A DNA stretch of 64,000 nt. It comes from an uncultured Bacilli bacterium. Its GTDB lineage: Bacteria; Bacillota_I; Bacilli_A; RF39; UBA660. The DNA lies in assembly GCA_944359065.1 (NCBI GenBank), contig CALVSP010000001.1, forward strand, positions 4,314 through 68,313, written 5' to 3'. The position numbers and the translations under genes are program-made. The notes beneath the pieces are model-generated. The model was given only the letters and a program-made list of their open reading frames with translations, was not told where the DNA came from and searched no databases. Below are positions 9,900 to 20,164 of this stretch, piece after piece (position 1 is the first letter of the stretch; every line of letters starts with the position of its first letter).

Positions 9900-10619
9900 T
9901 TATCTCCTTAATCTTGATAGAACTTCATTTTTATCGGCATGCGCCGCCCTAAAATAAGAATGACCACTAGCAGATTCTAAATATCCATACCAAATAGTAG
10001 ACGAACCATAAAAATCTAACAATTCTTCATGTGTAGTAGTGCATTTTACTAAAATTATTTCATCATCTGTAATAGACTCAGCATTACATTTAAGTTCATT
10101 TGATTTAACAGTGGAAAAAGCAAGTCCCAGCTCTGGTACATCTTCAAGTGCCTTTTGTTCTGCCCAACTACAGTCGCTAGTATCACACCCACTGTTAGAA
10201 TCGTTAGATAATGGATCTATCACAAAAAAGAAAAATACTAAACCAAAAATTATAGCGCCAACAATACATCCCATAGCTCCACTTAAAGCCTCCAAATCTT
10301 TTTCATTAGTTGCGTTATTATTGTTATGGTTAATATTTGCTTTAGGTATATCTTCTTTTTCTTTATTATTTTCTTCCATCTCTATAAAAGTTGCTTTTAT
10401 TTGGCCTTCAGTAGTATAAGTAATATATATATTATTTATTTGTTCCTTCAATACTCTAATATTTGCTTTTTTCCTTCCATGTTTAATAGTAAGTAAGCCA
10501 TCTTCTTCTATTGTTGTTTTAAAAATATCTTTATAACCTGATTCTCCAATTATATTATTATTAAGCAATATTTTGACATCAACGTCAATGTCAAAATTTA
10601 TAATTAAATTATTTTTCAT
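9900..10619 (-). CDS. single-pass membrane protein; its N-terminal domain is paralogous to ORF 10708..10965
   Basis: 239 aa: an N-terminal domain of about 85 aa, a TM helix (GCIVGAIIFGLVFFFFVI), and a Cys-containing extracytoplasmic C-domain. Confidence 0.5.
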   Translation of the reverse strand: MKNNLIINFDIDVDVKILLNNNIIGESGYKDIFKTTIEEDGLLTIKHGRKKANIRVLKEQINNIYITYTTEGQIKATFIEMEENNKEKEDIPKANINHNNNNATNEKDLEALSGAMGCIVGAIIFGLVFFFFVIDPLSNDSNSGCDTSDCSWAEQKALEDVPELGLAFSTVKSNELKCNAESITDDEIILVKCTTTHEELLDFYGSSTIWYGYLESASGHSYFRAAHADKNEVLSRLRR

Positions 10620-10707
10620 ATTAAAACTAACTCCTTCTCAAACTACTTGAAACTTAACTTCGAGACATATTATACCTACAATAAATTTATTTTTAGTTTA
10701 ACTATCA

Positions 10708-10965
10708 TTAAATATACTTTGCCTTAAGTGAACCTGTAAATCTATTAAACTCTAAAGATATTTTATTTATCTTATCCTTATAGACTTTAATTTTTGCTTT
10801 CCTTATACTACATTTGAACACAAGTACACAATCATCTTCCACTCTAAATTCAAAAGAATCACGATGTGAGACCTCACCTATCAATTTGTCATCACAATAG
10901 ATTTGAATTTTTGGATAAACTGCATATTCCCCTGTATATCCATAAACAATAACATTATTTTTCAT
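10708..10965 (-). CDS. small protein paralogous to the N-domain of 9900..10619
   Basis: 85 aa. Both proteins start MKNN. Shared features are IGE, a D.F motif and K.KA.I.V.K..IN.I. Confidence 0.45.
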   Translation of the reverse strand: MKNNVIVYGYTGEYAVYPKIQIYCDDKLIGEVSHRDSFEFRVEDDCVLVFKCSIRKAKIKVYKDKINKISLEFNRFTGSLKAKYI

Positions 10966-11059
10966 AAATCACATCCTATCAAATTTAATGCTACAATAGC
11001 ATCAATCATAAAAATTACTATTTTTTTAATTTGTATTTCATAATATGTCTCTTAATTTA

Positions 11060-12331
11060 TTAATAATACCAACACGTTGTTTTTGTACATTTAACCTTAT
11101 ACCCAACATCTGGCTTAATATTAGATGTAGGAAGTCCATGATTATCAAAACCAACATTAAAATATTTTACATAATTACGAATATATTCATTAGGGCTTCC
11201 CTGATATAATGGAGCAGCGTAGTTTGGATCACACAATTCATCTATAACCAAAACTCTACCATATTCATCAAAAACTATCACTAATCCTTTGGCAATATAC
11301 AAATTGCCTTTAGGTTCAGTATAAAAATAACCATAATAATCTATCCACATATCAACGTATTTATTAACTTCACTTTCTACCAAACTTGTTCCAGTTATAA
11401 TTTCTCCATCAATTTCTTCTGTCCAATGATTACATACAGCTTTTCTATCTGGAATAACATAGCTTCCTAATGGTTTTTCTTCTACTATAGGTGGAACATT
11501 AGGATTATTAGCATTTTGGTTTTCATCATCTTTATCATTATTGGATTGATTTTCATCATCTTTATCATTATTTGATGGTTTTTCTTCAGGATCGACTTTA
11601 TTTTTCTTCCATATTGCTTTTAACTCTATATCATTTACAACCTCATTGTTAAAATTGTATTTTATACCATCTAATTGCCACTCTACAAAAGTATATCCAC
11701 TTTTTGTAGGACTCATAGGAGCTGATACCTTCTCACCTTCAAAAACATTTTGACTAGCAACTTTTGATCCACCATTACTATTAAAAGTAATAGTAAAAGT
11801 TTTTCTTGCTTCTTCTAAGTTCGTTCCTATATCATCAATTTCTTCTTTATTAACTACATTAACACTAAAAGACCAATTACTAGTTATCTCTTCATGATCA
11901 TCAATATAATCATTAATTATAGAATAATCACTATAAACATCTACTGTATTAAACTCAACTTCACTGTCTCTAGCAGTTTGAGCTATTAAAAGTAACACAT
12001 TGCTTAATTCTCCATTAGTTTTAGAAAAATCTATATCATTATAAATTTCTTTGGCATCATCATTTACTAATTCATAATCAATAACTAATGGTTCACTACA
12101 AACATTATCTTTGCAAGATACTTTAAAAGTTAATTTTATCAACGGATTGATACTTATATAAGCTGTATAATTTGTATCAACAGTATTAACTTCATTATTC
12201 TCAATATTATTTTTATCTTCATTTTTAGCTTTATCAGTTAAAACATATTTAAATAAAACACATCCTATCATAATTAATACTACAATAACAATAATTATAG
12301 GTATTAATAATTTTTTTAATTTATCTTTCAT
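11060..12331 (-). CDS. cell-surface (lipo)protein with a Listeria-Bacteroides repeat (Flg_new-type) domain and a tandem NDKDDENQ repeat
   Basis: 423 aa. N-terminal TM/lipobox MIGC. FTITFNSNGGSKV...GYTFVEWQLDG...ELKAIWKK matches the List_Bact repeat. A DNA tandem repeat of about 33 bp x2 lies at 11519..11584. Confidence 0.55.
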   Translation of the reverse strand: MKDKLKKLLIPIIIVIVVLIMIGCVLFKYVLTDKAKNEDKNNIENNEVNTVDTNYTAYISINPLIKLTFKVSCKDNVCSEPLVIDYELVNDDAKEIYNDIDFSKTNGELSNVLLLIAQTARDSEVEFNTVDVYSDYSIINDYIDDHEEITSNWSFSVNVVNKEEIDDIGTNLEEARKTFTITFNSNGGSKVASQNVFEGEKVSAPMSPTKSGYTFVEWQLDGIKYNFNNEVVNDIELKAIWKKNKVDPEEKPSNNDKDDENQSNNDKDDENQNANNPNVPPIVEEKPLGSYVIPDRKAVCNHWTEEIDGEIITGTSLVESEVNKYVDMWIDYYGYFYTEPKGNLYIAKGLVIVFDEYGRVLVIDELCDPNYAAPLYQGSPNEYIRNYVKYFNVGFDNHGLPTSNIKPDVGYKVKCTKTTCWYY

Positions 12332-12405
12332 AATCTACCTCTTAATTCTTCTTCATTATCATTACAAAATAATATGTATCTAATTCTTTAACATAAATTT
12401 ATCTT

Positions 12406-12822
12406 TTATAAACTCATTCTAGCATTTAATAACTTCAAAGATACATCTGAAATATAGAATCTTTGCTTTATTTGGCTAAATGTTTTAAATCCAATTATTA
12501 ATTCAGACAATTCTTTTTTAGTAATTGGTTTAAAAGATTTAATCGTATTCTTGCTTAAAATATAAACACCTAAATTACCATCAATAGTTGGTTTTTTAAA
12601 TCTGATTATATCATTCAGCTTTGCTGAAGCAATAATACTATTTTTCATTTGGAACAATAACAAATCTCCTTTATTCGCTTCCATCCCCTTTCTCCCATAA
12701 TAATACCAGCCTTTTCCTTCGTAAGTCAAATAATCATCAAAAAATTCTTTTTGAATTTGATTAATTGTTTTACCTTCAAATTCACTATTATATATGGTCA
12801 TCGGAATTATTCTAATATTCAC
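12406..12822 (-). CDS. hypothetical protein
   Basis: 138-aa ORF with a clean intergenic context and no recognisable motif. Confidence 0.4.
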   Translation of the reverse strand: MNIRIIPMTIYNSEFEGKTINQIQKEFFDDYLTYEGKGWYYYGRKGMEANKGDLLLFQMKNSIIASAKLNDIIRFKKPTIDGNLGVYILSKNTIKSFKPITKKELSELIIGFKTFSQIKQRFYISDVSLKLLNARMSL

Positions 12823-12921
12823 CCTATCACCTCTAGTATTATTATATCATACTTTCTAGTATTCAAGCAATACCTTTGGGGTATACTAATAAAAACTTTG
12901 TAGTTGATAAAATTATATTAG

Positions 12922-13308
12922 GTGATTAAAATGAGGATAAATGACAAAGAAAACTATGATATTATAAGAAACTCAATCTCAATGACTAATTTAAAAAAGA
13001 TTATAGATAACAAACAAATATCAATGGTAAAATTAGCAATGAATTCTAAAATTTCTGATTCTACAATTAAAGCATACATATCAGGCCAAAAGATTCCAAG
13101 TCTTCCAACTTTGGTTTCTATAGCCGACTATTTAAATTGTAATATAGATTATTTACTTGATAGAACTAATAATCCTATAAAGATAGATGATATTAATTCT
13201 ATAAACAAAAATGAAGAAGTAAATCAATTATTTCAAAATATTATATCTTTACCTAACGAAAAACGAAATCTTGTAATAGGATATGTTCAAGGTCTTCTAA
13301 AACAATAG
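12922..13308 (+). CDS. XRE-family HTH regulator
   Basis: ISMVKLAMNSKISDSTIKAYISGQKIPSLPTLVSIADYLNCNIDYLL is an HTH_XRE motif. The true start may be the second Met (MTNLKK). Confidence 0.65.
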   Translation: MIKMRINDKENYDIIRNSISMTNLKKIIDNKQISMVKLAMNSKISDSTIKAYISGQKIPSLPTLVSIADYLNCNIDYLLDRTNNPIKIDDINSINKNEEVNQLFQNIISLPNEKRNLVIGYVQGLLKQ

Positions 13309-13431
13309 AAGACCTTTTACTATAATAAACATATATTAGATATTTAAGTAATAATTATAATGTAATGTTACTTTTTTTCATAACATTCTATCTTAATAGT
13401 AATCTAACACAATATAAATTTAAAAACAAGT

Positions 13432-13842
13432 TTAATCAAAAAATTTATACCAATTGCTTTGTGTATCAATTATATTAAGTAATGATTTAGTAATATCAAC
13501 GCCAACTATTTTAATTTGGCGATTTTTTCTACTATCATCTCTAAGCCTTAATATCAAATTATTATGATTGCTTTTTATATAACTATATGTTTTAAACATA
13601 TACATATAATTTATTCTGGAATCTGCATTTTTATCGGTAAATGGATTTCCATTGATATCCGTTTTACCATTTAAAAAGCTTTTTATTCTATTAATAGTTG
13701 CTATATCTAATATACCTAGTTTATGGCCTCTTTCAGTTCCATAAACTAGGCCATTATCACAAATGGATATTCTATTATTTGTATTTTTATCTTCAATCTG
13801 AAGAAACCATTTTTTATTATTCATATCATCAATCCTTATCAT
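13432..13842 (-). CDS. hypothetical protein
   Basis: The track ORF starts at TTG 13857. The first ATG gives MIRIDDMNNKKWF at 13842. Confidence 0.4.
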   Translation of the reverse strand: MIRIDDMNNKKWFLQIEDKNTNNRISICDNGLVYGTERGHKLGILDIATINRIKSFLNGKTDINGNPFTDKNADSRINYMYMFKTYSYIKSNHNNLILRLRDDSRKNRQIKIVGVDITKSLLNIIDTQSNWYKFFD

Positions 13843-13880
13843 AAATTGTGACCACAATATTAAACAATTGTGGCCACTTT
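13843..13880. promoter_or_regulatory. pair of operator-like palindromes (aattgtg-ac-cacaatt and caattgtggccac)
   Basis: Perfect inverted repeats sit immediately upstream of the 13432..13842 gene. They share an ATTGTGRC core with the 83-bp repeats. Confidence 0.35.
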
Positions 13881-14237
13881 TTTATTTTATTAATTATAAG
13901 CCACCCACCCATTAGATTGGAGGCTTGTAAAACCATAAATCAAAATTATAAATGTTCGATACTGCTATTATAATAAACAGGGATAGGTTGTTCTTATTAT
14001 AATAGTCTAATAGTTTTAACTTTCTATTAGTTTTTAATAGTTCTCTCTTCTCTTTCTTTTTTTAATGTGATTGTTATTCTTCTTATTAGTAGTAGTGCTA
14101 CTAGTGTTATTGCTATTCTTCCTTTTAATATTACTGTCAGTGTTATTGTGATTAATATTATTAAGATTATTGAACTGGCTTTTGCATGAGGTTTCCACTC
14201 GTATCATGATGCGCGAACTTGCTGTATATTTATATTT

Positions 14238-14552
14238 TTACACTTTTTCTAACATTAATTTATCATTTTCAAATATAGATACTACTTTTAATCTATACTT
14301 ACGTTTTAATATACTACATATTAAATTATCTAACTTCCTTTCATCACATAAATTAAATATGAAATCATCCTTAGACATTCTCTTGATACTATGAAAAGAT
14401 AGATTAATATCATTACCATAATATTTATAGTAAATGACAATGTTATCAGCTACCAAATTAGCATAGTGTTTTATGTAGTTCTTTCGCAAATCGTTTTCAA
14501 TATTTTGCTCTAATTTTGTTAATATATTATCCATTGCTTTCATTCCTCTCAT
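14238..14552 (-). CDS. small hypothetical protein, 3rd of 3 overlapping ORFs downstream of the FtsH-like gene
   Basis: 104 aa. Overlaps the upstream ORF by 26 nt, indicating translational coupling. Confidence 0.4.
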   Translation of the reverse strand: MRGMKAMDNILTKLEQNIENDLRKNYIKHYANLVADNIVIYYKYYGNDINLSFHSIKRMSKDDFIFNLCDERKLDNLICSILKRKYRLKVVSIFENDKLMLEKV

Positions 14553-14814
14553 TTTTAAATTCTAACAAACAATGATAAACATTACATATAAACGAATCAG
14601 GTTTTGAATAATTGTCACAATCATCTAACAAAGATGAAGGAAGTGAATACTTAACTTCCATAAACTTTATAACTTCATCGAACTTAATTGTGTTATTCCA
14701 CAACTTAGATATCATTACAAACAATTCAAATAATGAAAAATTTAATATTATATTTCCTTTTAACCAATGCAACAGTATATCGTTTAATATTTTATTTAAT
14801 CGACTATCCTTCAT
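14527..14814 (-). CDS. small hypothetical protein, 2nd of 3
   Basis: 95 aa. Overlaps neighbours on both sides (11 nt and 26 nt). Confidence 0.4.
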   Translation of the reverse strand: MKDSRLNKILNDILLHWLKGNIILNFSLFELFVMISKLWNNTIKFDEVIKFMEVKYSLPSSLLDDCDNYSKPDSFICNVYHCLLEFKNERNESNG

Positions 14815-15133
14815 CTCTACAAATCCTTTTCTTTAATGGTTTATAACCTATGTTTATCTCGTTTATTCTATTTCTTCTTTTAAAAGCTCTAATCGTAGTC
14901 TTAATGATTAGATTATCATTTTTAAATTTATCATTTAAAGAGAAATATATGTTTGGAACGTATTTTATTGATTTCAAACTTGCTTCATAGTTATCGTTTA
15001 ATAGATCAATAAACATTTTTGGAACGTATTTTATCCAAGTATCCTTACTCATTACTTTTAATATATCTACAACATCTTTAGCCAAAACACATTGAACAAA
15101 TTCGCCTATATCATTTTTATCCTTGTATTTCAT
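14804..15133 (-). CDS. small hypothetical protein, 1st of 3
   Basis: 109 aa. Lies 83 bp downstream of the FtsH-like gene. Confidence 0.4.
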   Translation of the reverse strand: MKYKDKNDIGEFVQCVLAKDVVDILKVMSKDTWIKYVPKMFIDLLNDNYEASLKSIKYVPNIYFSLNDKFKNDNLIIKTTIRAFKRRNRINEINIGYKPLKKRICRDEG

Positions 15134-15216
15134 AATGAATTACTCTATTGGGTTAACTTCCTAATACTAATGTACCACATTGTAATTATTAATCAAGACC
15201 TAACAAACATTTAGTT

Positions 15217-16491
15217 CTATTTATTACAATTATTAATGATGTTATAAATATCTTCTTTAAAAAGAATTTTCTTTTCCTTCAACTCATTTGCAAGTACATC
15301 TAGTTTATTTCTATTCTGTAATAATATTTGTTTAACTTCATTGTAATACATATCAAGAATTTTAGTAGCGTTTTTATCTTTATTGTTTTTCACTATATCT
15401 GAACTATCAAAGCTATTTGATATACTATCAAATCCAAAAAAAGTATAATCGCTGACTAATCTTCGTGCTAAAGAATATGCATTATTTGTATCGCGATCAC
15501 TTCCAATATCGCATTTGTTATATACTATTTCTAACGCGGCCTTCCCTGCTAATAATATTTTAATTTTATTCTTTACAACATCAATATCATCAATATAATC
15601 GTTACCATTATATATAGCTAAACCCTTATTATTACCTATTTTAACAACTGAAACTGCTAAAACTGATTGTGGTTGTAATAAGTTTGCTATTAAAGCATGA
15701 GCTGCTTCATGATAAGCAACTCTTTGAGTATATTCGTTTTCTTCATTTAAATCATCAATTATTTCACTATAAGTATGTTCTAAAGATGCTTTAATCAGTT
15801 CTTCCATTCCTATTGATTTTTTATTTTTATATCCTGCATAAATACCTGCTTCATTGCATATATTTTCTAAATCTGCACATGATACTCTTTTTAGAATATA
15901 TGATATGTTTCTTGCATTTACATTCTTATCTATTTGCTTGTTACTTAAATAATGTTTAATTATTTTATAACTATCTTCATCTCTAGGATTTTCAACTTCT
16001 ACAATTATATCGAATCTACCTGATCTTAATAGTGAATCAGGAATATCATATTTCCAATTAGCAGTAGCAATTATAAATATATCGTCATCTTTCACTTCAT
16101 CTATTAATGATTGAACTGTAGCAAATTCCTTACTATTCTTTTTGTCTTGAGCTTCAGAAAATTTATCTAAATCATCTAACAAGATTAAAGATGGTTGAGT
16201 TTCTTTTGCTTGTTTAAAAATATCATTTAAGTGTTCTATAAAATTTTCATCTGCTTTATTTTTCCTTACAATATATGATTTTCTATTAGTGTAATCAATA
16301 AAGTTTTTGGCAATGCAAGTTTTGCCTATACCTGGGGGCCCATATAAAAATAAACCTTTGGGTATGCTTGAACCTAATTTTTTATATTTCTCTGGGTTAT
16401 TTAATACATCAATAGTTCTTTTTAAATGTTGTTTTATATTATCATATCCAATTATATTACTAAATATCTCTTTCTTTTTTTTCTCTTTCAT
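15217..16491 (-). CDS. soluble FtsH-like protein: AAA+ ATPase fused to an M41-type zinc-metalloprotease domain, with no transmembrane or periplasmic N-domain
   Basis: Walker A GPPGIGKT, Walker B ILLDDLD, second region of homology ATANW...RSGRFD, then AYHEAAHAL (HEXXH). Alignable along its length to FtsH from the AAA module onward. Confidence 0.75.
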   Translation of the reverse strand: MKEKKKKEIFSNIIGYDNIKQHLKRTIDVLNNPEKYKKLGSSIPKGLFLYGPPGIGKTCIAKNFIDYTNRKSYIVRKNKADENFIEHLNDIFKQAKETQPSLILLDDLDKFSEAQDKKNSKEFATVQSLIDEVKDDDIFIIATANWKYDIPDSLLRSGRFDIIVEVENPRDEDSYKIIKHYLSNKQIDKNVNARNISYILKRVSCADLENICNEAGIYAGYKNKKSIGMEELIKASLEHTYSEIIDDLNEENEYTQRVAYHEAAHALIANLLQPQSVLAVSVVKIGNNKGLAIYNGNDYIDDIDVVKNKIKILLAGKAALEIVYNKCDIGSDRDTNNAYSLARRLVSDYTFFGFDSISNSFDSSDIVKNNKDKNATKILDMYYNEVKQILLQNRNKLDVLANELKEKKILFKEDIYNIINNCNK

Positions 16492-16840
16492 TATATCCTC
16501 CTCATTTGTTTTAGGGAGTGTAAATGGTATAAATCAATTAATTTATTTAACAAACTTTTAATCATAAAAACATTTATATAACCCAAAACCCTTTCTTATA
16601 TTTTTATTAAATCAAAATCATTTACCTCCCTACTCTTAATCTAACAGCTTGTCAATATAAGTCAAGAGTTGTAAAACAAATATTAAACTTACTTTAGATT
16701 ATTATTGGGTATCACAATTTCCTTCGTAATAAATTAACTCATTTAAAAAATAGAACATCATTTAAAGATGCTCTATAATCAATTTATACTCTTTAATTTT
16801 ATGATAATAGTATTATACAATCCCTTATAATATAAGGTCA

Positions 16841-17752
16841 CTATATGGTATCTACGTTCTTAAAGGTAGAACCAGGTTCATATGTCATCCAAATTGGTAA
16901 ATTACGATTGATTATTTCAGATGAATAATCTTGATAATTACTTGGTTCAAATGTAGGTCGAGAAGATATTGCAAGTATCTCACCAGTTTTAGGGTCCATA
17001 ACTATTCCTAATGCTTGATCAGGATTATATTTACTAATAGCATTATCTAATTCACTTTCTAGTGCTACTTGAATATTATAGTCAACAGTTAGATAAACAT
17101 CTATTCCATCTTGTGGTTGTTCATATACTTCTGATAATTTTAATTTGTTTCCTTTAGCATCACTAAAAAATTTAATAGCCCCATAACTTCCTGTTAAATA
17201 ATCATCATACATAAGTTCTAAACCAGATAATCCTTGATTATCGATACCAACAAAACCTAAAGTATGAGCAAGCATACTACCATATGGATAATATCGTTTA
17301 CTTTCTTTTAATAAATATACTCCAGGTAAATCTAAATCATTTATTTTATCTGCTGTTTCATAATCTAATCTTCTACCTTCAGGATGAACTCTTTCAATCG
17401 AAGATTTAACCGAAACATGCTCATACATTTCTTCATAAGTAACACCTAAAATAGGTGCGATTAATTCAGCAGTTTTTTCCTTATCTTCAATTTGATTAGG
17501 GATTAAAACTAAAGATGTCGTTGTTATATTATCAGCTAAAACAACACCATTTCGATCATATATTTTTCCTCTATTTGCTTCTATGGGTAAATTTCTACTC
17601 CATAAACTAGTTGCATAATTATTTAATTTTTCATATTCAAAAACTTGAATATAAAATACTTTACCAATTATCAAAATAAAAAATAAAAATATTATTAACA
17701 TTACTATTTTAATTCTTATATGAATATTTTTAAAAAACATATACTCACCCAC
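16841..17752 (-). pseudogene. truncated penicillin-binding protein (class B PBP N-terminal/dimerisation part) that stops 6 codons after the SXXK active-site motif
   Basis: N-terminal TM, then a PBP dimerisation-domain-like sequence. It ends ...YEPGSTFKNVDTI*. The transpeptidase domain after STFK is missing, and a non-coding stretch of about 350 bp follows before the accessory region. Confidence 0.6.
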
Positions 17753-17800
17753 TTAAGTATATGTTTTATTTATAATATTTTTACTTTATAAATATCGACT

Positions 17801-18148
17801 TTAGTATTCATATAATTCATAATTCCAATTTTTTATTCCACCAAAAGTATATATATTATCATACCCATTTTCAGCTAATATTTCTAAAGCTATTTGAGCA
17901 CGATTACCAGATAAACAATAAACAATTATTTTTTTGTCTTTATCTATTTCGTTTATTTTTTCTTCTAAATCATCTAGTGGAATATTAATAGCATTTTCTA
18001 AGTGTCCACTATTATATTCAAAATATTCTCTAACATCTATTATAACAACATCTTCGTTTTCCATCATCTTATAAGCTTGTTCTGGTGAAATATTTTGTTT
18101 ATCACAGCCAACTAATAATAAAATTAAACAAATAATTATATATTTCAT
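17801..18148 (-). CDS. rhodanese-domain lipoprotein
   Basis: 115 aa. Lipobox LVGCDK. Rhodanese active-site loop CLSGNRAQIA. Confidence 0.7.
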   Translation of the reverse strand: MKYIIICLILLLVGCDKQNISPEQAYKMMENEDVVIIDVREYFEYNSGHLENAINIPLDDLEEKINEIDKDKKIIVYCLSGNRAQIALEILAENGYDNIYTFGGIKNWNYELYEY

Positions 18149-18366
18149 TATTATTCCTCCTTTTATTATAATCTTTCATTTATTCCATATAATATTTTAC
18201 ACTTTTTTTGTAATTATTCAATATTATTTTCTTTATATAATCAAATAAAATTTTTTTATTAATAATATAAATTCTATAATATATTTATAAAGACAAAAAA
18301 GAGTAGATTTTCATCCACACTTTAATTAATCATTTATCTTTTTGAATTTACCATTTGATTACATCT

Positions 18367-19578
18367 TTAAACTATCAAATTAGATTTAGATACAATTATA
18401 ATAGGCACAATTTTACAACTATCAGTTTTTAAACCTTTATAATATTTTGAATTATTATCGTCAATTTTTTGATATTGAAATGCACCATCATTATATTCAT
18501 TATTAATCCAATAACAACTATTAGAAACTAAATAACTAAAATTAGAATTATTAAATTTATAATATCCATCATTTGTGATTGCATAATTTAATTCATTATT
18601 TAATCTATCTTGATAATTTAAATTTCCAATTATAACATCAGATAAATTATTTCTTACTAAAACAGAATTATTAACATCTTTAGAAATAACTGATAATATA
18701 TCACTCATTTCTAATGGTTTTGACGTAACTTTCCAATTTTTAGTTATTTGATTCATAGTAGTAGTATAATTTTCATATGTACTTACATCAAAGCCACTAT
18801 TTAAATCTGGTAATAACTTAACTGTAGTATCTCCTACTTTATTTCTTGAATCAATTACATAAGTTTTTAAACAAAAAGCACTTACTTGATCACAGACTTT
18901 ATTATTAATAACATCATATAAAACAACATCACCTAAATTGTAATTAGTGTCTGATGTTTCATTAGTAATCATCATTTGTTCCGCTTTTATTTCAATAACC
19001 ACTTCTAAAGATGATCTTATTTCATAATCAGGATTAGATTGTTTTTTTTGTTGTTCTTCCATATAAAATTGATATGCTTTATTTCCCCATTCACTATCCA
19101 ATTCATCATTATTAGAATCAAGTGGCCATGATATAGAAACATTAAACTTACCACTATCACCATGAGATAAAGCATAGTCTTTATCTAAATTCATATTAAT
19201 ATGAAATGGGTAATCATGAGATAATTTATCTATTAATTCCTCATTAGAATTATTATTTAAAACTTCATTTAAAACTCTAACTGACTTAATATTATAACTA
19301 ATTTGGGCATCAGAATCCCCTAAATTAGCTATATCAACATCTTTAAATTCAGTATCCATACCAGGATGAATATCCGATAATGAGATAACAATTTCATTTG
19401 AAACAACTTGTTCACCATTTTTAAATTCAATATTCCAAGCTTTAATATCAACATCAACAGTAGCGCTTGATAAACCACTATAAGCAAACCAAGCTAAAGT
19501 AATAGAAACAAAAGAAATTGCAACAAAAAATAGCGACATCAAATTTAATTTCAAAAATAATTTATGCTTTCTTTCCAC
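18367..19578 (-). CDS. secreted protein with SipW-cognate-type signal peptide (SITLAWFAYSG)
   Basis: 403 aa. N-terminal K-rich region, a hydrophobic helix, then a T-L-A-W-F motif. Immediately downstream of the SipW gene, the same arrangement as sipW-tasA. Confidence 0.55.
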   Translation of the reverse strand: MERKHKLFLKLNLMSLFFVAISFVSITLAWFAYSGLSSATVDVDIKAWNIEFKNGEQVVSNEIVISLSDIHPGMDTEFKDVDIANLGDSDAQISYNIKSVRVLNEVLNNNSNEELIDKLSHDYPFHINMNLDKDYALSHGDSGKFNVSISWPLDSNNDELDSEWGNKAYQFYMEEQQKKQSNPDYEIRSSLEVVIEIKAEQMMITNETSDTNYNLGDVVLYDVINNKVCDQVSAFCLKTYVIDSRNKVGDTTVKLLPDLNSGFDVSTYENYTTTMNQITKNWKVTSKPLEMSDILSVISKDVNNSVLVRNNLSDVIIGNLNYQDRLNNELNYAITNDGYYKFNNSNFSYLVSNSCYWINNEYNDGAFQYQKIDDNNSKYYKGLKTDSCKIVPIIIVSKSNLIV

Positions 19579-19597
19579 TGTTACAACTCCTTTTCTT

Positions 19598-20152
19598 TTA
19601 CGCTTTTTTTCTTCTTTTTTCTTCTTTTTCTAGCATAGTCATAAGTATTTCAGAACCAATAATATATAAAAGTGGTATAAATATTAGGAAAAACATTCCA
19701 AATTTTGTAGCAACTATTTTATATATAAATGATAATATTATACATTTATATATAATTTTGCCATATACTTGACTTTCATAAACTATTGGATCTGGTGCAT
19801 CATTGGCGATACCTTGGGTATGAAAAATATATTTTCCATCTTCATCTTGTTCGATATTAATAACTTCGTGAGTTACAACTTTTCCAGCTAAAGTGCCTTG
19901 CTTACCTAAATAAGAAATAGAATCTCCAATTTCAATTTTAGATGGTTCAATCTCTTTAGCAATTAAAACATCGCCTATTTTATATTTTGGATCCATACTT
20001 CCAGATACAACAGTAAACATTCTAAAACTTAAAAATGATATTTTATTATTACTAAATCTTTGTAAAGCAACTACTAACAAAAATAAAATAATAAATATTG
20101 CAACAAATATATTTAAAATTGTTTTAATTATTTTAAAAGCCTTATTATTCAT
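19598..20152 (-). CDS. sipW: signal peptidase I, SipW/S26B (ER/archaeal) type
   Basis: 184 aa. N-terminal TM, VVSGSMDPKY (Ser nucleophile), VVTHEVI (His), TQGIANDAPD (counterpart of GDNNxxxD), C-terminal TM. Confidence 0.8.
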   Translation of the reverse strand: MNNKAFKIIKTILNIFVAIFIILFLLVVALQRFSNNKISFLSFRMFTVVSGSMDPKYKIGDVLIAKEIEPSKIEIGDSISYLGKQGTLAGKVVTHEVINIEQDEDGKYIFHTQGIANDAPDPIVYESQVYGKIIYKCIILSFIYKIVATKFGMFFLIFIPLLYIIGSEILMTMLEKEEKRRKKA

Positions 20153-20164
20153 ACTAACTAACCA

